Source: an uncultured Thermoplasmatales archaeon
Lineage (GTDB): Archaea; Thermoplasmatota; Thermoplasmata; Thermoplasmatales; GCA-001856825
Length of the DNA stretch: 64,000 nucleotides
NCBI GenBank assembly: GCA_964468585.1
Contig: CAYXTM010000006.1
Span: 5,318-69,317 of the forward strand
Reading direction: 5' to 3'
Positions 17,811 through 27,961 of the stretch are shown here, piece by piece. The stretch's first letter is position 1, and the number at the start of each line of letters is the position of its first letter. The notes beneath the pieces are model-generated. The model made no database searches and was not told the DNA's origin. It saw nothing but the letters and a program-made list of their open reading frames with translations. The position numbers were made by a program, and so were the translations under genes.

Positions 17811-18995
17811 TTACCTCTTGAAAGTACCCTTCACAACCCAGGGAGGCTCATTTGGATTTAATGGTTCCATGGAGTTTGTTTTGAACTCTTCCAGAATTCT
17901 TTCATTAACTTCAATTCCTAGTCCAGGACCTTCAGGTACTTCGAAATATCCATTATCTAACTTATACCCTTTCTTTAGAAGATTTTTCTTCCAATCAGGC
18001 CAGAAAGCCTCAAAACTCTCCTGAATTCTGAAATTGTGAATTACAGAATCTAATTGAAGAGTTGCTGCAGTCTGAATAGGCCCAAATGCATTGTGGTAAG
18101 CCACTTCTGCACCAAAAGATTCAGCCAATATGGCTGATCCATAGGCCTCCAGTATACCTCCAACATTGGTGAGGTCAGGTTGAATGATATCTACCAGGTT
18201 ATCCTGAAGGTATGGTAGAAATTCCTTCTTATTCAATACCCTTTCACCTAAGGCAATGGGTGCGTCTGTAGCATCCCTTACGCGCCTAAGTCCAATAAAT
18301 TCATCTGGGTGCACCGGTTCCTCATGGAATATGGGGTCAAAATCCTGAAGTGCATTAATAGCCCTGATGGCGGAATTGGCATTGAATCTTCCGTGATATT
18401 CAATCAGAATATCAAGGTTGGTTTCATTTTTTACTGAGGATACAATTTCCCTGGCGTTATACAATCCTTCAGACGTAAGGTGATGATAATCTGGTCCAAA
18501 TGGATCGAATTTCACAGCGGTGAATCCCGTCTTCTCTACAGTCTTCGCTTTATTTAAGAAATCTTCTGCAGCTACGCAGTCATCGTACCAGCCGTTTGCG
18601 TATGCCCTTATTTTATCCCGAATCTTTCCACCAAGCATAGCGTATATGGGAAGGCCTGAAGATTTTCCAAGAATATCCCATGAAGCTATTTCAAATGCAC
18701 TAAGTGCAGCGGTGCTTTCCATTGAAACTGGAAGATAAAAAGAATTCTTGTAAAATTCCAGATAATTTGCTTCGATATTATTTACTTCCTTCCCAACATA
18801 AATTCTTGAAACCTCTTTCATTTCCTCATAAACAGGTCTGGTCATGAGTGTTGTCGGTGCTTCTCCATAACCCACTAGGCCATCACTTGTTGTCAGTCTT
18901 ATAACCAAAATAGTAGAGCTCCAGGGACTTGATTTTTCCCCTTCTTCCCCGAGTTCAATAATATCTGCATTAACAATCTTTGACATGCTCTTCAC
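17811..18995 (-). CDS. enolase-superfamily sugar-acid dehydratase (gluconate/galactonate dehydratase-like)
   Basis: Mandelate racemase/muconate lactonizing enzyme architecture: 'GYGEAP', 'KFDPFG', 'HEEPV'. The archaeal gluconate dehydratase belongs to this superfamily. Confidence 0.8.
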   Translation of the reverse strand: MKSMSKIVNADIIELGEEGEKSSPWSSTILVIRLTTSDGLVGYGEAPTTLMTRPVYEEMKEVSRIYVGKEVNNIEANYLEFYKNSFYLPVSMESTAALSAFEIASWDILGKSSGLPIYAMLGGKIRDKIRAYANGWYDDCVAAEDFLNKAKTVEKTGFTAVKFDPFGPDYHHLTSEGLYNAREIVSSVKNETNLDILIEYHGRFNANSAIRAINALQDFDPIFHEEPVHPDEFIGLRRVRDATDAPIALGERVLNKKEFLPYLQDNLVDIIQPDLTNVGGILEAYGSAILAESFGAEVAYHNAFGPIQTAATLQLDSVIHNFRIQESFEAFWPDWKKNLLKKGYKLDNGYFEVPEGPGLGIEVNERILEEFKTNSMEPLNPNEPPWVVKGTFKR

Positions 18996-19110
18996 ATGAG
19001 AATTAATTTAAAATAATTATTGAAAATAGTTTTAATAAAAATCATTGAAGGATTTAAAATTGCTACATTCAATCAACTAGCATAAAACCTCTTATACGAA
19101 TCTGTTTGAA

Positions 19111-20055
19111 TCAGTCCTCTGCATTTTCCCCATGACTCTTCTCATAAATAGCCAGTGCGATTGGTGCAAGATCGATAGTCTTATCATTTACCTTGAATAT
19201 GGGTACCTTCCTTTGATATATTCCCATATCATGAAAGCTCGCTTCTCTTATGTCATCTAGAAATTCATCATCGTTTTTGAACACTCCCCCGCCAAGGAAA
19301 ATGGCCTCTGGATCAAAGGCGTTGATCAAGTTGCTCAAAAACAAAGAAAAATAGAACACTACTTCATCTATAATCAAGGTGGAAAAAGGATCTCCTAATC
19401 TTTTTCCAGAAAATATATCTTCAGTTGTCAGCCTATTTATGGGGATTGATGACAGAAAAGTTGAGTTTCTCACTTCTCTGATGTTTTCAATGACCCTTCT
19501 GGTAATCGCAGATCCTGAGGCTAGTGCCTCTATACATCCCCTTCTACCACATCCACAAACAGGTCCGTTTGCCAAGACTACTGTATGTCCAAGTTCTCCT
19601 GCGTAACCATTTTTTCCTCTGTATATCCTATTATTGAGGAATATTCCCCCTCCAATGCCTGTTCCATTTACCACATAAATGAAGTCCTTGAATTTTCTGC
19701 CCTTATCAAAAATTTTTACTGATATGGCCTGAGCAGTGGCATCATTATCCAGAAATACATTCTTTTTGAATTTTTCCTTTAGAAGATTTTTCAAGTTAGT
19801 GTTCTTCCAGCCTCTAAGATTTGGGGCAGCCAGGACACGTCCATCCCTTGATATTGGGGCTGGAAATATGACAGAAACTTCATCAAATTCTTCAAATTGT
19901 TTAGAGAGATTATAGATCTGTTCAACTAGGGCATGTGGTCCAAGAAATTTCTTTGTTTTGATTTGTTTTCTCTTCAATATTTTCCCTGACTCATCTGCAA
20001 GGGTTCCGGTGATCTTAGTACCGCCAACGTCAAAACCTAGATACCTATTTTGCAC
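19111..20055 (-). CDS. ROK-family sugar kinase (glucokinase-like)
   Basis: 'GFDVGGTK', 'GELGH', and the zinc motif 'CGCGRRGCIEALASG'. Confidence 0.85.
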   Translation of the reverse strand: MQNRYLGFDVGGTKITGTLADESGKILKRKQIKTKKFLGPHALVEQIYNLSKQFEEFDEVSVIFPAPISRDGRVLAAPNLRGWKNTNLKNLLKEKFKKNVFLDNDATAQAISVKIFDKGRKFKDFIYVVNGTGIGGGIFLNNRIYRGKNGYAGELGHTVVLANGPVCGCGRRGCIEALASGSAITRRVIENIREVRNSTFLSSIPINRLTTEDIFSGKRLGDPFSTLIIDEVVFYFSLFLSNLINAFDPEAIFLGGGVFKNDDEFLDDIREASFHDMGIYQRKVPIFKVNDKTIDLAPIALAIYEKSHGENAED

Positions 20056-20123
20056 GTTTCCATATAATAAAAGTGAATTAACCTTTTTCTAAAAAGTTAT
20101 AAAAGTTATAAATTTATAAAAAG

Positions 20124-20783
20124 TTAAATTATGAAAGATTCACCGGGTTTCAGAATAACCACATTAATCAAACCTTCCAGAGCATTCTTAAGCTCCTGTG
20201 GATCTCCATTTATTACAGGCCATGTACCATAATGCATTGGAAATACATATTTTGCACCGATCATTCTAGCGGCAACTGCAGCCTCCCTCGGGGACATTGT
20301 GAAAAATCCACCGATTGGTAACATCGCTGCATCAGGTTTATAAAGCTCTCCTATAAGTTTCATATCTCCGAAGAGACCTGTATCACCCGCATGATATATG
20401 GTCTTTCCATCTCCCGTTATGACAGTTCCGGCACAGTTTGCACTGTGAACAGCCTGGGTCAATCCAATCTTGATTCCGTTGAAATCAACCTGGCTTCCTA
20501 TATTCATTCCTATGAGATTTTCCTCTGGCACTCCGTTCTTGGCAGCATCTAGCATGTTTTCAAAAATTGTGATGATTTTTGCTCCACCATTCTTAGAGAT
20601 TTCAAAAGCATCTCCTAGGTGATCTTCGTGAGCATGTGTTACTACAATGTAATCAATTTTTGGTAAGTTTTCCAGCTTTATTGGAGACTTTGGATTATCC
20701 TTTATGAATGGATCCACAAGTATCTTTTTGCTGCTGAACTCCAAGAGCCAAGCAGCATGTCCGTACCAAGTTACTTTTACCAT
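20124..20783 (-). CDS. metallo-beta-lactamase-fold hydrolase (UPF0173 type)
   Basis: 'KVTWYGHAAW', and 'VTHAHEDHLGD' (H-x-H-x-D-H). Confidence 0.8.
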   Translation of the reverse strand: MVKVTWYGHAAWLLEFSSKKILVDPFIKDNPKSPIKLENLPKIDYIVVTHAHEDHLGDAFEISKNGGAKIITIFENMLDAAKNGVPEENLIGMNIGSQVDFNGIKIGLTQAVHSANCAGTVITGDGKTIYHAGDTGLFGDMKLIGELYKPDAAMLPIGGFFTMSPREAAVAARMIGAKYVFPMHYGTWPVINGDPQELKNALEGLINVVILKPGESFII

Positions 20784-20877
20784 GGTATTGGAATTAAAAT
20801 TAGTTTATATTGTTATCTGTCGCATCGGAGCTTAACGTATTTTTAAACCTATTTATACCATATTGGAATGATAGAGT

Positions 20878-22245
20878 ATGTCAAAGGAAAGTTCTGGTTG
20901 GGAGAAAATTTCTGAAAAGGAGTTAGAGGAATTGGAAGAAATATCCAAGGATTATATGGATTTCATAAGCAATGTGAAAACTGAAAGAGAAGCTGTCAAA
21001 TATTTCAGAGAAATGGCAAAGTCAAAGGGTTATGAGGAATTACCAAAGAAGATCAAAGGAAAGGGCAAATACTACGTAGTTAAAAATGAAAAGGCAATTG
21101 CCCTCATTAAATTGAATGGAAATCCATTATCAAGGTATAGGATTCTAGCTGCTCACATGGACTCACCAAGACTTGATATAAAACCAAATCCAATTGAGGA
21201 GGATTCGGATTCTCATACTGTCCTATTCAAAACACATTATTACGGAGGAGTAAAGAAGTATCAGTGGGTATCGCGTCCACTGGCAATACACGGTGTTGTA
21301 ATTACGAAGGATGGTAAAAAAATCGAGATCTCAATTGGCGAGAGAGAAGAAGATCCCGTCTTTAGTATTCCAGACCTCCTTCCTCACTTGGCTAGGAAAG
21401 TACAAGGCGAGAAGAAACTACTAGAGGGGTTTGAAGGTGAGAAACTTGAATTGATTGTGTCACACAGGCCAGAAAAGAGTGAAAAAGATGGGAAATTCAG
21501 AAAATACCTTCTAGGTTTATTAAGGGAAAAATACGGGATTGAAGAGGAAGATTTCTATACAGCGGATCTAGAAGTGGTGCCTGCGGGAAAAGCCCATGAA
21601 GTAGGTTTTGACAAATCCATGATAGGCGCATATGGCCAGGATGATAAGATATGCGCTTATCTAACATTTAGGGCCTTAATGGATTCAAAGGGAAAGGATA
21701 ACCTAATCGTGATATTATTTGATAAAGAGGAGATTGGCAGTGATGGAAACGTAGGAGCTCAATCAAACTTCATAGAATATGTTCTCGTGAACATTCTTGA
21801 AGCCTCTGGTGTTAACTATACCTACGGAAAATTATTGGAAATCATGCACAGTTCAAAGGTGATAAGTGCAGATGTAGGTGCTGCCTTGAATCCACTGTTC
21901 AAAGAGGTCCACGATTCGAACAATGTAGGTAGAGCAGGTAATGGAATACTGATAATGAAGTATACTGGTAGTGGGGGAAAATATGGCGCAAGTGAGGCAC
22001 AAGCAGAATATATGAGGGAAATTAAGGATTTATTTGACAAGAACAATGTACTATATCAGTATGGATTATTGGGAAAGGTAGATGAAGGCGGAGGAGGTAC
22101 TGTAGCGAAATATTTTGCTCAGTACGGCTTCAATGTCATAGATATGGGACCAGGTTTGATAAGTATGCATTCTCCATTCGAGATAGTAAGCAAAATAGAC
22201 GTATGGAGTTCTTACAGGGCTTACCTAGCATTCCTGAATGAATAG
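20878..22245 (+). CDS. M18-family aminopeptidase
   Basis: 'AAHMDSPRLDIKPNP', 'FDKEEIGS' and 'MHSPFE' are typical of aspartyl/M18 aminopeptidases. Confidence 0.8.
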   Translation: MSKESSGWEKISEKELEELEEISKDYMDFISNVKTEREAVKYFREMAKSKGYEELPKKIKGKGKYYVVKNEKAIALIKLNGNPLSRYRILAAHMDSPRLDIKPNPIEEDSDSHTVLFKTHYYGGVKKYQWVSRPLAIHGVVITKDGKKIEISIGEREEDPVFSIPDLLPHLARKVQGEKKLLEGFEGEKLELIVSHRPEKSEKDGKFRKYLLGLLREKYGIEEEDFYTADLEVVPAGKAHEVGFDKSMIGAYGQDDKICAYLTFRALMDSKGKDNLIVILFDKEEIGSDGNVGAQSNFIEYVLVNILEASGVNYTYGKLLEIMHSSKVISADVGAALNPLFKEVHDSNNVGRAGNGILIMKYTGSGGKYGASEAQAEYMREIKDLFDKNNVLYQYGLLGKVDEGGGGTVAKYFAQYGFNVIDMGPGLISMHSPFEIVSKIDVWSSYRAYLAFLNE

Positions 22246-22265
22246 TTTTCTTTTTATTTCTTTAT

Positions 22266-22409
22266 TTATGATAGTATGAAATATCTTAAGTTAGGGGTCT
22301 TCCCCTCATAGCAAGTTTCAGCACATTTCCAATAGCAATTGTTATCCTCCAAACATATCTTTTCGCAAGAATTAAGGCATGTATATTTGCTTTCATTATT
22401 CACATTCAT
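22266..22409 (-). CDS. possible small cysteine-rich protein (47 aa from the first ATG)
   Basis: 'CLNSCEKICLEDNNCYWKCAETC' is C-x3-C-x3-C-x5-C-x3-C-x3-C. The ORF in the track starts at a TTG at 22460; the first ATG is at 22409. There is no homology evidence. Confidence 0.25.
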   Translation of the reverse strand: MNVNNESKYTCLNSCEKICLEDNNCYWKCAETCYEGKTPNLRYFILS

Positions 22410-22707
22410 TAAGAATGCTAGATTATCTATGAATATAATCTTTTGGTAAATAGTCTTCAATCAACTTATATTATATCAGAGAGAGTTAAGACCAGACTGA
22501 ATTGGGACTCGCAGAGCATTTTGAGGTGACCATCCCGAATATTAATTGAAGGTTGCATATGAACAGAGCCAAGAGAATCTATTTTGAGAGTTATAACAAA
22601 ATACTGTAAAGCAGTGACAGGAATAATTAAAATTTTCCCTTAAGACGTTATTGTTTCACAACGTAAAACTTTAAAAACTGGATTCTTTAGTAATTTGTAG
22701 GTCCAAG

Positions 22708-23520
22708 ATGGTGAAATTCCTTGTAGTTTCTGAGTACATTAGGCAATTATTATCCGACCTGAAATTCCAGTTACAGAAAGAACCATCTCTAATTAAATTG
22801 AATTCAAGAAAGGTATTGGTGGTTGGAGACACGCACGGTGCCATCGACATCACTTCATATGCTTTTTACTATTTGCAGCAAGGATATGAAGTAATAATGC
22901 TTGGAGACCTAGTTGATGGGGGAAAATACAGTCTCAGAAATCTGCTCTTCTCTCTGGAAGAAAAATTACTTTCAAAGAGGGTTATCATTATAAGGGGGAA
23001 CCATGAGAGTTCAACAACTGCCTCGTACTATGGGTTTCTGGACGAACTGAGAGAAGTCGGACTTGACTCTATCTATGATGATTTTCTTGATTTGTTTTCA
23101 AGTTTGCCTTATGCGGTACTGTTGAATAGCAATATTCTTTTGATTCATGGCGGGATACCAAGGGAAGGAATAACCCTTTCAGAATTGGAGAAACTTAGAA
23201 AGGGGGATAGGGCACCGTATGATCCCATCGCTTTCCAAATTCTGTGGAACGATCCAATGGAAAATGTAGAAGGATTTCAGAAAAGTGAAAGGGGGCCGGG
23301 CATATTTTACTTTGGGGAAGATTCATTCAATGAATTCATGGAGAGGAACAAACTTAAGTACCTGATCAGGGGGCATGAAGTGGAAATGAACGGTATTGGA
23401 ACAAAATTCCATGGGAAATTGATAACTGTTTTTTCCTCCGATTATCACGGAGGCAAAAAAGGTTTACTGATGATACATGGTAACAGAATTAAAAGAATAT
23501 TGATCAATCACGGGAAGTAA
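22708..23520 (+). CDS. PPP-family Ser/Thr protein phosphatase (PP1-arch type metallophosphoesterase)
   Basis: 'VVGDTHG', 'LGDLVDGG', 'RGNHE', 'LLIHGG' and 'RGHE' motifs. Confidence 0.85.
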   Translation: MVKFLVVSEYIRQLLSDLKFQLQKEPSLIKLNSRKVLVVGDTHGAIDITSYAFYYLQQGYEVIMLGDLVDGGKYSLRNLLFSLEEKLLSKRVIIIRGNHESSTTASYYGFLDELREVGLDSIYDDFLDLFSSLPYAVLLNSNILLIHGGIPREGITLSELEKLRKGDRAPYDPIAFQILWNDPMENVEGFQKSERGPGIFYFGEDSFNEFMERNKLKYLIRGHEVEMNGIGTKFHGKLITVFSSDYHGGKKGLLMIHGNRIKRILINHGK

Positions 23521-23628
23521 AATATATTCTAATTTAACATTTTAAAAAATGTGGAAAACAAACTCATGGAAGCTGATTCGAGTTTATATTATTTTGTAGA
23601 AGTTTTTGACAATTTGAATGTTCATTAT

Positions 23629-24072
23629 TCAATGAGATGAAATCTTCTCCTTACAGTAGGCATACAATGCATCATATGCCGGAAATTGCTTTTCCATATT
23701 TTCAAAGTCATTGCTAGAAATAAGTCTGAACCCCTTTGCAATTGCCTTCAGACCATAACTTTCCTTCGGCGGATTTTCTATGTCTGCATCCGCTCCCCTG
23801 ACAATTTTTGCGAGTTCCAGGAGTGCCGGGTCCCTGAGTCCATACTTTTTTATTATGGCATCGAAGCTTACGAATTCCTTCTCATTTTCAAAAAAATGGT
23901 TCAATTCGGCGCCCTTCACGTCAAAAGGGATGGCGTTCAATTCCTTGGCTTTTTCAAGGACTTTCTCCGCTGGTACAAAAATGAATTCGGCATCCCTGTC
24001 TACGAAGTTCTTTATGAGCCATGGACATGCAATCCTATCAACCATGGCTCTTTCTCGAGTTATCCATTTCAT
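23629..24072 (-). CDS. ChrB C-terminal-domain (chromate-resistance) family protein
   Basis: 'WITRERAMVDRIACPWLIKNFVDRDAEFIFVP' matches the Chrome_Resist domain N-terminus. Confidence 0.65.
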   Translation of the reverse strand: MKWITRERAMVDRIACPWLIKNFVDRDAEFIFVPAEKVLEKAKELNAIPFDVKGAELNHFFENEKEFVSFDAIIKKYGLRDPALLELAKIVRGADADIENPPKESYGLKAIAKGFRLISSNDFENMEKQFPAYDALYAYCKEKISSH

Positions 24073-24192
24073 AATAAGTTAATGCGATTTCATGTATATA
24101 ATGATCGGAGAAACTTTTCTATAAGAATAAATGAATTTAAAAGGTCAGTGAAATGAGGAGGAAGTTTTTCTAAGCACATTAAAATCCATTGT

Positions 24193-24762
24193 TCAAAGTA
24201 TATAATACATTAAAATGATGTCAAAATATTTGGAATTCCGTTTAACTCCACGAGGCATCCTTCCATACTCTATGAAACCTATTTTACGATAAAGAGCTAT
24301 GGCATTTTTATTATTGTCAAAAACTTCAAGCACTATTATTTCGAATTTACCCTTGCATTTATCTAAGGCTGTTCTAATCATTTGATGGCCTATCCCACGA
24401 TTCCTGTATTCTTTCCTTATGGCTATCCCCAGGGTCCCTATATGTGAGACATCCGAATATGGTCTCTTCACCTGAATATCGCATAAACCTACTACCCTCC
24501 CGCCGTCCTCAGCTACAACGGCCACTGCATTCCCCTTATTTACATTAATATATAATTCAGTGAACCAATTTATTTCAGAAATATAATCCGGTTTCTCATG
24601 ATATAACGTCAACCCGATCTCAAAATTATCCTTACTGACTTCATCATAATATGAATAATAATTTTCGATCAGGTCATCCATATCGTCCCATCTTAAGTCC
24701 CTTATGATAACCATATCCCTTCTCTGAATGTAATTATATGTGGTATTTCCCTTTTCGGTCAA
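24193..24762 (-). CDS. GNAT N-acetyltransferase
   Basis: Motif A 'IRKEYRNRGIGHQMI'. Confidence 0.8.
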   Translation of the reverse strand: MTEKGNTTYNYIQRRDMVIIRDLRWDDMDDLIENYYSYYDEVSKDNFEIGLTLYHEKPDYISEINWFTELYINVNKGNAVAVVAEDGGRVVGLCDIQVKRPYSDVSHIGTLGIAIRKEYRNRGIGHQMIRTALDKCKGKFEIIVLEVFDNNKNAIALYRKIGFIEYGRMPRGVKRNSKYFDIILMYYIL

Positions 24763-24829
24763 TAACAGTCTAATTCTTAATAATCCTCACATCAAAACAA
24801 GGAAACAGATTTAAATTATATACAATTTC

Positions 24830-25291
24830 ATGTTGATCCTAATTGTGAGAAATGATAAAAAAGGGATCTCCCCTAAGGAAGAGGGAAGCCCATTCACAGA
24901 AGAAGAAAAGAATGCTATGAAAGAAAGACTCTCTGAGATGAAAAGGAAGAAATCAGGAAAGGACATGGAAAAAGAAGTTCTTGATAAAATTGAAAAAATG
25001 GAAGATGAGGACAAGGAGATTGCCATGAAAATCCACAACATTATGAAGGAATATGGCCTTATTCCAAGAACATGGTATGGAATGCCAGCATATGCAAAAG
25101 ACGATAACCTGATATGCTTCTTTCAGCACAGGAAAATGTTCAAGGCGAGATATTCTGTTCTAGGGTTCACAGATAAGGCTAAGCTTGATAATGGCAAAAT
25201 ATGGGCAGTATCATATGCCATAACCTCATTATCAAGTGATGTAGAATCAACTATCAGAGAGCTTGTAAAGAAGGCAATAAGTATAAATTAA
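24830..25291 (+). CDS. DUF1801 (YdhG-like) domain protein, paralog 1
   Basis: 'TWYGMPAYAKDDNLICFF...KARYSVLGFTDKAKLD'. A paralog lies at 30944-31423. The exact start is uncertain. Confidence 0.7.
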   Translation: MLILIVRNDKKGISPKEEGSPFTEEEKNAMKERLSEMKRKKSGKDMEKEVLDKIEKMEDEDKEIAMKIHNIMKEYGLIPRTWYGMPAYAKDDNLICFFQHRKMFKARYSVLGFTDKAKLDNGKIWAVSYAITSLSSDVESTIRELVKKAISIN

Positions 25292-25446
25292 TATCATATA
25301 ATTTATCATTGGAGAATCATTTAATGGAATAGTTGGTAACAGTTTTCATAATATTTATATCATTTATTCTACATGGAATATGGTAGTAAAATTCATGTCA
25401 TAAGACCATTCGAAAACATTTATTAATTTATTAAAGTCTAAGGATT

Positions 25447-25830
25447 GTGACCAAGTCGAGGAAATTTGAAGAAAAGAGGAAAATGAACAAGTCTAAGGCG
25501 TGTATGATGGAATATGGTGATAGGACAGTATGCATAGACCCATCCATACCCCTATTGAGCTTAATTGGAAAGAAATATACAATGCTGATTCTTGGGGTCA
25601 TAGGAAACGGGAGTGGAAATAAGAATTTCAACGAGATATTAGGCGACATACCATTTTCAAGTTCTACTATCATCTCAAGGAGGCTGAAGGAATTACAAGA
25701 ATCAGGTCTTATTACGAAGATCCAGGATTCCTCTGGCATCAAATATAAGTTGACAGAATTAGGAAAAGAAGTAAGGGCGAGCCTCATGCCATTATTTTTA
25801 TTGATGGAGAATACCAATGAAAAAACATAA
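25447..25830 (+). CDS. HxlR-type winged-helix transcriptional regulator
   Basis: 'CIDPSIPLLSLIGKKYTMLILGVI...FNEIL...ISSSTIISRRLKELQESGLI'. Confidence 0.75.
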   Translation: MTKSRKFEEKRKMNKSKACMMEYGDRTVCIDPSIPLLSLIGKKYTMLILGVIGNGSGNKNFNEILGDIPFSSSTIISRRLKELQESGLITKIQDSSGIKYKLTELGKEVRASLMPLFLLMENTNEKT

Positions 25831-26533
25831 CTATATAATTTCTCAATTTAAATTTAAATTTTTAAAATGGAAAAAACTACGATAATATAGAAACCAGTTA
25901 TCACAACCTCTTTTTAAAATACAATCTAGGCCATTGAGTTACGTATTTTCTCTCGGTCGAATGGATAATTGCTTAGCTGGTGTTAATATTTAAAACGGCA
26001 TAAATTAAGCTATATGGATTTGATGCCTGGTATATTTGGAAATGACAAATATGGCAATATAGCTAAAGGATATATTGACTAGTGGTAATTTTATTGAAAA
26101 ATATTAATAAGACTTGGACTACAATGTCGATTGCATTTCGCGGTAAAGGTACGGTGCATTCCATATTGGAAGACTCCTGCAAATTTTTTAGACAAAATCG
26201 GTTCAGTAATTTGCAAATTTATACGATGGAATGTCACTGGATATATTAAAAATCTTGAGTTAAGTGTATTAACAGATTATTAAAATTGTATTTGAGTGAT
26301 TATGAAAAATAACCATATCCAAGGGAATGTAAGAGAAGGTGCATATATTTTCCATAAATAAAAATAAGACTAAAAAAGGAATCAATCAGCCTTTTGATAG
26401 GTATTCAGATACTCAAAATCTATAATCCATAAATCTAACCATAGGCCAATTGAAATTAATTTCCGTAGAGAAATCCAATGCTTATGTTCCAATTTTTAAA
26501 AATCAATATAAACTAGAAGAAAAATTAATTAAA

Positions 26534-27961
26534 TTAATTATTTTTCTTGCGGCTTCTAACCACCAAGGCGAGTACTGCAACTATTATGACCAATATGATT
26601 ATTGCTGCAACGATGAATAAGGAATATGGAGGAGAACCTGAAGTTGACTGAGATTTGTTACCTGAGGAAGTGACAACACTATTAGCGGGCTGGACGAAAA
26701 CCCATGGAACAGGACTGATAAACTGATCATTCACAAGCTCCTTCGTGGTAGAATTGAATGTCCATGTATTGGGGAAAGCATAATATCCACCTGCAAAATT
26801 ATAATATTGTCCGTTGTCAATGAGGGAACCCCCAAGGTAAGTATAGCTCGTCCAGTTTGAAGGAGCATTTATTTCAGTAATAAGTGGAACCGCATCTCCA
26901 CTAGAATTTACAAATGTGATATTCGATGAGACTTGTCCATTTACTTCAAAAAGCCAGAAGAAATCAACCGTGTAATTAGAAGAAGGGGCAGGGAAACTTG
27001 AATTCTGATTGAACGTGGCAAGTGTAAAATTGTATTGACTAACTTTAGTATTATTTATAAGGGCATATGTTCCAGCTGGTATGATTACAGTCAAAGTATA
27101 AGAGATAAGCGCTACTGGAGGCTCTACGGAATAACCATATACTGTGGAAGTTGAGGAACCAGGGGTGTTTACACTCACTGTATAGGAGATATAATTGTTG
27201 GCGTTAACTTGAATTGTCTTCTCAGAATACAGGGTAAGGAGCTTTGGTTGAGCTGAGGCAACAACATTTAAGGTAAAATTAGTATACTTAGAAGGATCAG
27301 TCCCTGTTGCTGATAAACTTATAATATAACTTCCCGGTTCAATCGACTGTGATGCATAAAGGGTCATGGTACCATTAAATGTTGGTACACCTGATAATTT
27401 GCTAAATGTGGCCTTAATGCCAGAAGGAGAGATATAAGAGATCGTTGTGTTACCGGCTGTTCCAGAAGTTAACTTCACAGTATACCCAACAGATGTTGTT
27501 CCACCTTGAGTAATATTAGCCGAGGTAGCAGATAATTCAATAACTGAAGTACCAGAAGAAATGGCAGCACTTGAGACATTAATTAGCAAGTTTGTGTCTC
27601 CAGACGGATCGTCCCCCGTTGCGTAAACCTTGACTACATATGATCCAGCAGCAACTGTTTGTGCTACAGAAACATCTACTTTACCACTAAATGTTGGATC
27701 ACCGGTATTTGGATTAAATGTCAAAGTAATCCCTGTTGGGGAATTATAAGCTAGTGAGGTGCCCCATGTTGTGCCGGTTGTTAACTTTACCGTAAAATTT
27801 GCAACTGCACTCTGTCCTGCAGTTATGTTCAACTCTGATGGGGTTATTATTACGGTAGAGGACCCAGTTGACGCGAAAGCCGTTTCTGTTATGATTAAAG
27901 GGGTTACAACCATTGCAGCAGCCACAAGGAGAGTTAGGAAAAATTTTAGTGGACTTATCAT
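26534..27961 (-). CDS. cell-surface glycoprotein with two tandem Ig-like repeats and a C-terminal TM anchor
   Basis: A signal peptide ('LLVAAAMVVTPLIITETAFA') is followed by two repeats of about 95 aa ('ITAGQSAVANFTVKLTTGT...GSYVVKVYATGDDPSGDTNLLINV' and 'ITQGGTTSVGYTVKLTSGT...GSYIISLSATGTDPSKYTNFTLNV'). There are more than 15 N-x-S/T sequons and a C-terminal TM segment followed by 'RSRKKNN'. Confidence 0.75.
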   Translation of the reverse strand: MISPLKFFLTLLVAAAMVVTPLIITETAFASTGSSTVIITPSELNITAGQSAVANFTVKLTTGTTWGTSLAYNSPTGITLTFNPNTGDPTFSGKVDVSVAQTVAAGSYVVKVYATGDDPSGDTNLLINVSSAAISSGTSVIELSATSANITQGGTTSVGYTVKLTSGTAGNTTISYISPSGIKATFSKLSGVPTFNGTMTLYASQSIEPGSYIISLSATGTDPSKYTNFTLNVVASAQPKLLTLYSEKTIQVNANNYISYTVSVNTPGSSTSTVYGYSVEPPVALISYTLTVIIPAGTYALINNTKVSQYNFTLATFNQNSSFPAPSSNYTVDFFWLFEVNGQVSSNITFVNSSGDAVPLITEINAPSNWTSYTYLGGSLIDNGQYYNFAGGYYAFPNTWTFNSTTKELVNDQFISPVPWVFVQPANSVVTSSGNKSQSTSGSPPYSLFIVAAIIILVIIVAVLALVVRSRKKNN

